DNA from: Epithemia pelagica
Taxonomy: Eukaryota > Protista > Bacillariophyta
Assembly (NCBI GenBank): GCA_946965045.2
Contig: OX337237.1
Span: 2,046,001-2,110,000, forward strand
Length of the DNA stretch: 64,000 nt
Reading direction: 5' to 3'
Below, piece after piece: positions 56,883 through 64,000 of the stretch. Each line of letters starts with the position of its first letter. Within the stretch, counting starts at the first letter, position 1. The notes beneath the pieces were generated by a model that was not told the DNA's origin, did no database searches, and was given only the letters and a program-made list of their open reading frames with translations. A program made the translations under genes and the position numbers.

Positions 56883-57374
56883 CTACAATGCCAAGTGACT
56901 GAGAGTATTGACCGTGTGCTTGAATGGATTCCATCGAGGATTGGGCATCCTAGCTGCAGGTTTGCTGTCATTCTCGCGTTCTGCGTTGATCTCCTTGTTT
57001 GTTGTGTGCCAGATGTCCATTTCTCGGTAGTAGCGCTGCTTATCTTTTTCCGCTAGAAGCACATAGGGGGCTTTCTCATCTTGACTTATTGACTTCCACC
57101 TCCTGGCAACGGCACGAGCCATTTCTGCAAAACCGATTTTCCCTTGAACATTCAAAGAACCATGTTGTTCACCAATGGCTTGGAGCATTTTTCGCCTCTC
57201 GTCTTGAAAAAAGAAGTTGTAGGCATTCAAGGGGCGTTGAGGTCGCTCTGAAAATTTAAAAGAGGATTCCATCTCTTGCTTTCCTCCATCTTCGGTGGAA
57301 CTCTGACTGACTGCGTGAGTAGCAGATGTAGATCGATGGAGCGGTTCCCGCTGCTGCCCCAGGCTGGATGACAT
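56883..57374 (-). CDS. HMG-box protein; may extend to 56425 through a frameshift near 56950
   Basis: PQRPLNAYNFFFQDERRKML..IGFAEMARAVARRWKSISQDEKAPYVLLAEKDKQRYYREM is a canonical HMG box. A second 169-codon frame (56425-56934) overlaps its end. Confidence 0.85.
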   Translation of the reverse strand: MSSSLGQQREPLHRSTSATHAVSQSSTEDGGKQEMESSFKFSERPQRPLNAYNFFFQDERRKMLQAIGEQHGSLNVQGKIGFAEMARAVARRWKSISQDEKAPYVLLAEKDKQRYYREMDIWHTTNKEINAERENDSKPAARMPNPRWNPFKHTVNTLSHLAL

Positions 57375-58459
57375 GCACCACACCTTTTCGTACGTGTATT
57401 ATAGTGATTGAGATTCTCAGGAAAAAAGGAAAAGATCATGTCATTGAAAACTCCCTAGGATTGCCAGCCGTGAGATCCAACATCAAAATTGCGCACTGAA
57501 TGAATGTTAGAGGGGATCTCCCACACATTTCTGCTCAGTTTCTCACTGTTTTGTGGGGACATGGGGACTAATCACGCCTGAGCCTGTGCCAGCAGACACA
57601 CCAACTCCGGCTCAATAAGCTGTCCTTGACCTGTATTCATCATGCAGTTTTCATGATGTGGTACACTATGGGATGTCAGTGTGCGTTAATTAGAAAACTC
57701 AGACTCAGGACTCAGATCTTGATCCCTTCCTTGAGGAAATCGATACAGAATCGAGAATGCAGCATGCAGCATACTTCGCAAAGGTTAAAGGGCGTCTGCC
57801 CAAACAGGAATGTGGTGAGTGTTAGGTTTTAGAGGCTGTACCAAAGCCTCAGCAGACAGAGAGCAAAGAGGACAATCAGGAGTCACCAACTACGTAGCCA
57901 ATTCCCCACGGGTCAAGGAAAAGGCCAACAACTACTAGGAGAGTAGGTAGGACACAAAGAGATGTGATGAATGGTGAGATTTTAGATTGCGAGCTTTATT
58001 CTAGATTTGTATGTCTTTCCCCATGGCTGTCTTTGCTGCCACATTAGGTTATTATCCCCAGTACTGGGTACAGAGATCCTACGTGCATTTCTTCCCAAAT
58101 GTACTAAGGCTACGAGGATCTACTGGGTCATATCTCTAATGTACCGTGGCTACGTATCCTGTACGTATCCTTGGATGATTGTCCATTTCCCAATGACCAC
58201 AGGTTCTCACATGTATCTTTGATTCTCACATGTAAGCCAATGTTGGTAGTCCCGTCATGGTCAATGGCGCCAATCTCGTCTTCTATTGCATACCTAGAGA
58301 ACTAGTTATGATAGTTCGAGTCTTGTCTACGGTGTGTTAAGTGAATCAACCACAAGAAGGTGTACTCCTTATCGAGACGACTCGATCGGACAGTACCCTT
58401 CGGGATGGAACGGCTGAGTTCAGTGATCACGCAAAACGCAACCAGAGTGTTGAGTGTTG

Positions 58460-58780
58460 AAGTTCTACTTGACTGTTTTACACTTTTAAGCTTAAATTAA
58501 CAACTTTTAACTTTTTTCATGAAAGTCAAGTCAATTTCCAGCCGAGATCCCATGACTTTTCTCTTTTCTCAGTGAAATCAAGTTGGACAGCACCACATTT
58601 TCAACTTTGACTTAACGGTTTTCATGAAGTCAAGTTCTGAACTATGACCTTCCAACGTCAGCGTGTGCTGCGACTTCTACCATTACTTGTATCTCGAATC
58701 GTGGAAGTCAATAATATCTTAGTTTCTGACTTCTGACTTTAAGTCGACTTTTCTTTCTGAAAAAGTAAAAAGTCAATTTG
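58460..58780. repeat. AT-rich patch with clustered AAGTCA/TGACTT motifs in both orientations
   Basis: About ten motif copies (e.g. 58524 AAAGTCAAGTCAA, 58606 TTTGACTT, 58627 AAGTCAAG, 58724 CTGACTTCTGACTTTAAGTCGACTT, 58769 AAAGTCAA). GC is about 36% by hand count over 58441-58800. Confidence 0.6.
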
Positions 58781-59415
58781 CAGAACTTTTGTGGCAGTTG
58801 AATTGTTCCTTTTTCAAGAATTTGTTGAATTTGTGTGTTCCAAGATCTCTAGTAGAGGTCGGTCCCGCAGCAGCTCATCTCTGCTGGAGTGCGCTGGAGA
58901 GGTCTCTGCTGGAACTAGGTATGCGCATCCGCTGGAGATAAGACTACCTGTGCTACCATGATAAAAATGCCTAGCTAGGGGAGTACTCCTAGTAACTACT
59001 CCTAGAGCACTTATCTTGTATCTTGGTGAGAGCTTTCCTTTCCAGTGGTGGAATAGTTGCTTGGTCTCCAGCAGAATCTTTTTGTTTTGTTGCCATGTCA
59101 ATATTATCTCCTTTCAAGAATACACTGATAGGTGTCCTCTTACAGAACCTTCATTTTTGGGGGTGTGCTTCAGACTGCTATCCATATTGCACTCTTCCAC
59201 AGTTGAAGAGTCATCATTGTTATTGCAATCAGACACTTTGGAAGGCTGTGTGGAGCAAATGAATGACACAGAGGGACCAGTATGAAACTAACAAATGAGA
59301 AAGGATAAAAGTGACCAGTGCAGAGAAAAGAGTACGGTGACTAACGTATACACGCAACAGAAAATCTTTGCTGGGGATTCTCTAGCGCTGAAGATGCGTG
59401 ACTGCTTACTGCTTA

Positions 59416-59935
59416 GGCCGTTCCTATAGCATCGACAAAACCAAACCTGAAGGGTGACACGTCACTAAAAACCCGGAAATATGACGTCAAATCCGGGTTT
59501 TCTGTCATTTCAGGTTTTGCAACGACAAAAGCTGAGCGCAGGTTTTGTAATTTTTTTAACCCTCCAAACCAATTTTTACCATTAGGGATAATCCGAAATG
59601 ACATTAGGGATAGTGTTTCATCTATGCTAGTGTATGTTTTTCCTACAGAAATGACAAATGACGGTTACTATATGCGCGGTGCGCGTTCGACTTCAACGGT
59701 CACCCTAACCCCAATGAGGCTACATGAAACATGCGGGCTTGATGTCCTACTTTCAAAACTTTTAGTATTCAACTATTAATAGTGAATATGGGGACTGTTG
59801 GGGGCCTTGGGGGAATGCAGCGCGGAATCGGGTTTTGGTTTTGCCGGTGCTATAGGACGGCGAAACGCGCCAAAACTGAATTTAGTGATGACGTCACGCT
59901 TCAGGTTTGGTTTTGTCGATGCTAAAGGAACGGCC
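59416..59935. mobile_element. 520-bp MITE, PIF/Harbinger (Tourist-like) superfamily
   Basis: ~55-bp imperfect TIRs starting GGCCGTTCCT(A/T)TAGCATCGACAAAACCAAACCTGAAG. TTA duplicated at 59413-59415 and 59936-59938. No transposase ORF. Confidence 0.92.
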
Positions 59936-60304
59936 TTACCGCAGAACCAAGAACTGACTTCAAAGTTAAAAGCTGAGTTGACTTCATTTATGGGCTGCCA
60001 ACCCGTAATTTGCAAATTCCAGACCCCCCATAGCCCTGGACCCCCCATTTAACTTCAGCGTACATCTCTCCCTCAATTTTTATCTGTAGGCTCTTGACCA
60101 ACTATAGGGTTACCCCCACATTCCTCACTCCTCACGTTCAAGCCTTTCTATCGCAATGGCTCACATAAGACGGGAGTGAATCAAAGAGGAGAAACAAGAG
60201 ATACCACATGATGGGTATTGTAGTTAGGGTTAAGGCTGCGCTTCGAAGCATAGCCTTTCTGGATTCTAGTTCATCCAACTTCTTTAGGCTATCTCCACCC
60301 GAGC

Positions 60305-61026
60305 GCCGCTATGCTGACGTATTGGGGCTTTCTGATTGGCCTCGCTATCCGGATAGCGGATTAGCGGAGCCAAAGGGAAAAGAACTCCACGATCACCGTT
60401 AAAAGAACGCCGCTATCGTACGCATTGCGCATATGCCCTCTCTTGTTTCGGTTAAAAAGGGGTGCGGCTTGCGGAATTCAAACAAGACAATCAACCAGAG
60501 CACCCAAAGCATAAACCAAAGATGGAGGACTTGTTGTTTTCCCTCTTCATTGTTGACTGTCATGGTGAATCATGTTGTTGTTCATGGCCAATGTAGATGT
60601 AGGTTGTAGGTTGCAGTCCAATCTTCCTATTGTATTCCCTGTCCGATTTCCGATTGATTGTCTGATAATCGAACACATCAATAGTTTGAATGATGCATTT
60701 GTTTGATTGTTGCATTCCTTCCGATCCGTGATCCTCGAATCATCTTGCTGTGCATGGTTCTTGTCCCATTGTAGGAAGTAGGGAACACAACAATGGAAAA
60801 AGAGATGGTAAGCGATCGTCACAAATCAATACGTGCCATTGCCATGTTTTCGACAAGAGAGATACTGTTGGCAGCGACGTTAATTTATTTATGCCGGCGG
60901 TTATATTTTGCTCCGCTATCCGCTATTTTCCCCGCTATTCCTGGCGGCAAAAATAGCGGGTAGCGGAGCTGTTTAGCGGTTAGAGGAGATGGTGGAGTTT
61001 GATAGCGGTTTTTGGACCTTTAGCGG
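60305..61026. repeat. Two clusters of CCGCTA(T)/(A)TAGCGG motifs with a 16-bp palindrome and a 20-bp-arm hairpin
   Basis: CGCTATCCGGATAGCG at 60343-60358; GCTCCGCTATCCGCTATTTT..AAAATAGCGGGTAGCGGAGC at 60910-60969 (one mismatch). Confidence 0.75.
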
Positions 61027-61301
61027 CCCCGGGTGGAGATAGCCTTACACCCCCGATGTTGAACATGAAAGTTACTATGAAATTTAAATTGTGATGATTG
61101 AAAATTGCCGGCCACCAAAGTCGATTCATTTGCTTCGGATGATGGGCAGACGACTATGTCATTCATGACTGAATCCAAGACTCAGATCCAATTTGCAATG
61201 GATACTCCAATGGAGTCGACTTGGACTCCAGAGATACTAGGGGTAGCTATGATGGCAACCAAACTGGAGTCGACATGGATCATACTTGATGCAATCAAGT
61301 A

Positions 61302-63233
61302 CTCCCTCCTGCCCAAAATTATCGCAACAAGTTACTAAAAATGACGTAACTTCTCACGCGCAAGCCCGTTGGCGCTAAAAATTATATAGATCGATAGCTT
61401 ATTACACGACTCAAATTTCCATGTATAATTTATATGTTCCATCTCACAATCCTGGAGAGTTACAGGGAACTAAACGAGGTGAAAAAAGAAACTCAGACTT
61501 TGGCGTACCGGTTCTGGCCCTACAGGCATACCCAAGCCATGCCACCTTCAGGGGAGGCCCGCAAGGGGGTAAAGTACAAGGAATTGCGGAGAGAAGACCG
61601 CGGACGTGCCATGGCGATCCTTCTAACCTTCAATCTGAATGGCACCTTGCCCAGAGGTGTTTTGTCAGGCGTCGCTGAAATGTTTGGTGTGCATCGATCC
61701 ACCATAAGCCGACTTTGGGAGCGCGCGCAGAAATCGCGCGTGGAGAACGTAATTAACTCTCCTGAAATTTCATCCAATGCACGCGCGCGCGGAAGACTCC
61801 CTATTTGTTCTTCACCAGACGTTAGAGAAGCTGTTAAAAATGTCCCATTGATGAAGAGACGAACCCAGGAACAACTCTCTACCGTTCTGGGTATGTCAAG
61901 AAGCACAGTGCAGCGATTCGTGAAGAAAGGCACTCTACGATGCCATACCAACACCCTAAAACCCTTCCTCACTGAAACCAACATGATGGCAAGATACCTG
62001 ATGGCACAATCCTTTGTAAACCCCTTGAAACCCGGTGAGTACCAAGACATGATGGACATGATCCATGTCGATGAAAAGTGGTTTTTTGTGACGAAAGATG
62101 CACAGCGCTTTATCTTGACCGACGATGAAGAGGATCCACAGAGGACATGCAAACACAAGAGCCACATCACAAAGGTAATGTTCTTTTGTGCTGTGGCTCG
62201 TCCTCGCTTTATTCCAGCTATGAATCAATGGTGGGATGGTAAACTGGGCATCTGGCCCATTGGTGAGTGGGTCCCTGCGAAGAGGAGCAGCGTCAACAGG
62301 GAAAAGGGGACTATGGTATGGAAGAACATTACTGTTAACAGAGAGGTCTACAGGGATTTACTTGTGGAAAAACTAATGCCAGCAATATTGGAGAAGTGGC
62401 CACAAGCAGACAGAAACAAGAGAACCATAAGGATTCAACAGGATGGCGCCAAGTCCCATATCAAGGATGGAGACATGTACTTTGTGGAGTTCCTGAGATC
62501 CATGAAAGAGTTGGGAGTGAGGGCAGAGTTCTTTACACAAGCTCCCAACAGCCCAGACACAAACATTTGTGATCTGGGCTTTTTCAGGGCTATCCAGAGT
62601 CATGGTTTGATTGTTGGGTCGAGCGAGGCACAGCTGCTTGAATCTGTACAGAATGCTTTTGATTCCTATCCAAGAGACAGACTAAACCACACATGGCTCA
62701 CCCTCCAATCTTGCTTCAATGAAATCATTAAAGCAGGAGGAGGGAATGACTACAAAATACCCCACATGAATAAACAGGGGCTGGAGAGGAGAGGGGAGCT
62801 TCCCCATGTGCTGCCAGTTGCAGACGACCTCTGCAGCCCTACAAGCAGCAATCTGCAAGACTAGACATTAATAGACTAGTCAAATGAATACCTGGTCGAC
62901 CTCCACTGAACCAGGAGGCGACCAGGGGCCACGGCCAATGATCGTCACCCTAGTAGGAGTAGGATCATTGTGTGTGTTGTGTCGTTGTTCCTGCCATTCG
63001 TGATTTTTCAGTGTTGGTGGTGGGAGATGAGTGAGGTCTTGTACCGTTGGGGAGTGACGATTGAAGGGCTGGATAGATTTTTTAGCACGTGTCACGGTGA
63101 ATGTTCATCTCCAAAATTCGACTCCGAATGAGCCGGCCATCCTCCTGTAGAAATGTACCAGGGCCTACGAGAGCTTTTTGTGCGACTACTATGACTAAAA
63201 AAACTTGTTGCAATAATTTTGGGCAGGAGGGAG
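61302..63233 (+). mobile_element. Full-length Tc1/mariner DNA transposon, plant-mariner (Stowaway-mobilising) type, 1932 bp
   Basis: 32-bp TIRs CTCCCTCCTGCCCAAAATTAT(C/T)GCAACAAGTT with one mismatch. TA duplicated at 61300-61301 and 63234-63235. The empty-site sequence CAAGTAGGAAC is seen in the next array unit at 63590. Confidence 0.97.
61434..62864 (+). CDS. Mariner transposase, intact, DD42D catalytic spacing
   Basis: 476 aa. N-terminal HTH (VAEMFGVHRSTISRLW); catalytic motifs IHVDEKWF, IQQDGAKSH and QAPNSPDTNICDLGFF; GGNDYKIPHM tail typical of the DD39D clade. Confidence 0.96.
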   Translation: MFHLTILESYRELNEVKKETQTLAYRFWPYRHTQAMPPSGEARKGVKYKELRREDRGRAMAILLTFNLNGTLPRGVLSGVAEMFGVHRSTISRLWERAQKSRVENVINSPEISSNARARGRLPICSSPDVREAVKNVPLMKRRTQEQLSTVLGMSRSTVQRFVKKGTLRCHTNTLKPFLTETNMMARYLMAQSFVNPLKPGEYQDMMDMIHVDEKWFFVTKDAQRFILTDDEEDPQRTCKHKSHITKVMFFCAVARPRFIPAMNQWWDGKLGIWPIGEWVPAKRSSVNREKGTMVWKNITVNREVYRDLLVEKLMPAILEKWPQADRNKRTIRIQQDGAKSHIKDGDMYFVEFLRSMKELGVRAEFFTQAPNSPDTNICDLGFFRAIQSHGLIVGSSEAQLLESVQNAFDSYPRDRLNHTWLTLQSCFNEIIKAGGGNDYKIPHMNKQGLERRGELPHVLPVADDLCSPTSSNLQD

Positions 63234-64000
63234 TAGGAACCGAATAGATACGTGGGACCTATTGTACTCAATCCTAGCTACCAAGAGATTGCTGCTTTCC
63301 TACCAAAACCAATTGGTGACAATCACCAGAATCTAGGTCCGGATCTATTCCTCCCTCTTCTGAGCGTAGCTAGCGGTCTACTAGATAGCATAGCTACTCA
63401 CTACTCATACAACCACCCGGATGTGATTCGGATGATGGGCAGAAGACTATGTCATTCATGACTGAATCCAAGACTCAGATCCAATTTGCGATGGATACTC
63501 CAATGGAGTCGACTTGGACTCCAGAGATACTAAGGGGTAACTATGATGGCAACCAAACTGGAGTCAACATGGATCATACTTGATGCAATCAAGTAGGAAC
63601 CTAATAGATGCGTGGGACCTATTGTACTCAATCCTGGCTACCAAGAGATTGCTGCTTTCCTACCAAAACCAATTGGTGACAATCACCAGAATCTAGGTCC
63701 GGATCTACTCCTCCCTCTTCTGAGCGTAGCTAGCGGTCTACTCTAGATAGCATAGCTACTCACTACTCATACAACCACCCGGATGTGATTCGGATGATGG
63801 GCAGAAGACTATGTCATTCATGACTGAATCCAAGACTCAGATCCAATTTGCGATGGATACTCCAATGGAGTCGACTTGGACTCCAGAGATACTACAAGGG
63901 GTAGCTATGATGGCAACCAAACTGGAGTCGACATGGATGATACTTGATGCAATCAAGTAGGAGTAAGAACCTAATAGATGCGTGGGACCTATTGTACTCA

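Larger units (their letters stand above)
61134..64000. repeat. ~360-370-bp tandem repeat array, interrupted by the mariner and continuing past the window end
   Basis: Partial unit at 61134-61301; units restart at 63236, 63596 and about 63966 (GGAACC.AATAGAT.CGTGGGACCTATTGTACTCA). Confidence 0.95.

Noticed and set aside
58441-58830. Diatom point-centromere candidate based on low GC
   Set aside because: Hand-counted GC is about 36% over only ~350 bp. That is weaker and shorter than the low-GC tracts described for Phaeodactylum centromeres.
58814-59285. Short ORFs in CpG-poor DNA, possible transposase relic
   Set aside because: No catalytic or family motif could be recognised; a translated search would be needed.
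59580-60232. Scattered TTAGGG/CCCTAA hexamers as telomeric repeats
   Set aside because: They are isolated single copies, not a tandem array.

Overview
Eukaryotic nuclear DNA, almost certainly from a pennate diatom (stramenopile): the actin sequence is diatom-type, introns are short GT-AG (about 64-144 nt), and several ORFs resemble diatom-type families. No rRNA, tRNA or CRISPR features were recognised. There are two gene-dense host blocks and two repeat/transposon islands. Block 1 (1-26.3 kb) has a 3beta-HSD/NSDHL-like 3' end and two unknown proteins. It also has four intronless actin genes encoding an identical 377-aa protein but with unrelated flanks, interleaved with a 2OG-Fe(II) oxygenase and a USP-Tudor gene. 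A double CW-zinc-finger gene, a HEAT-repeat gene, a Gly/Ser-rich Zn-finger putative regulator and a twin-CX9C protein follow. Island 1 (about 28.3-40.5 kb) is a Helitron-type rolling-circle element: modular palindromic repeats at the left, two divergent small cargo ORFs, an interrupted Rep(HUH)-PIF1 helicase gene, a 13.3-copy 176-bp tandem array and a candidate hairpin+CTAA 3' end. Block 2 (40.7-57.4 kb) has a BCS1-like AAA+ ATPase with a split AAA domain, a tail-anchored TPR protein, a ~3500-aa VPS13 with an unusual extra C-terminal domain, and an HMG-box gene. Island 2 (58.4-64 kb) has a motif-dense AT-rich patch, a 520-bp PIF/Harbinger (Tourist-like) MITE with TTA TSD, CCGCTA-motif hairpins, and an intact 1932-bp plant-type mariner (DD42D) inserted at a TA inside a ~360-bp tandem array that runs off the window end. 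All family assignments come from motif recognition by eye; no database search was run.
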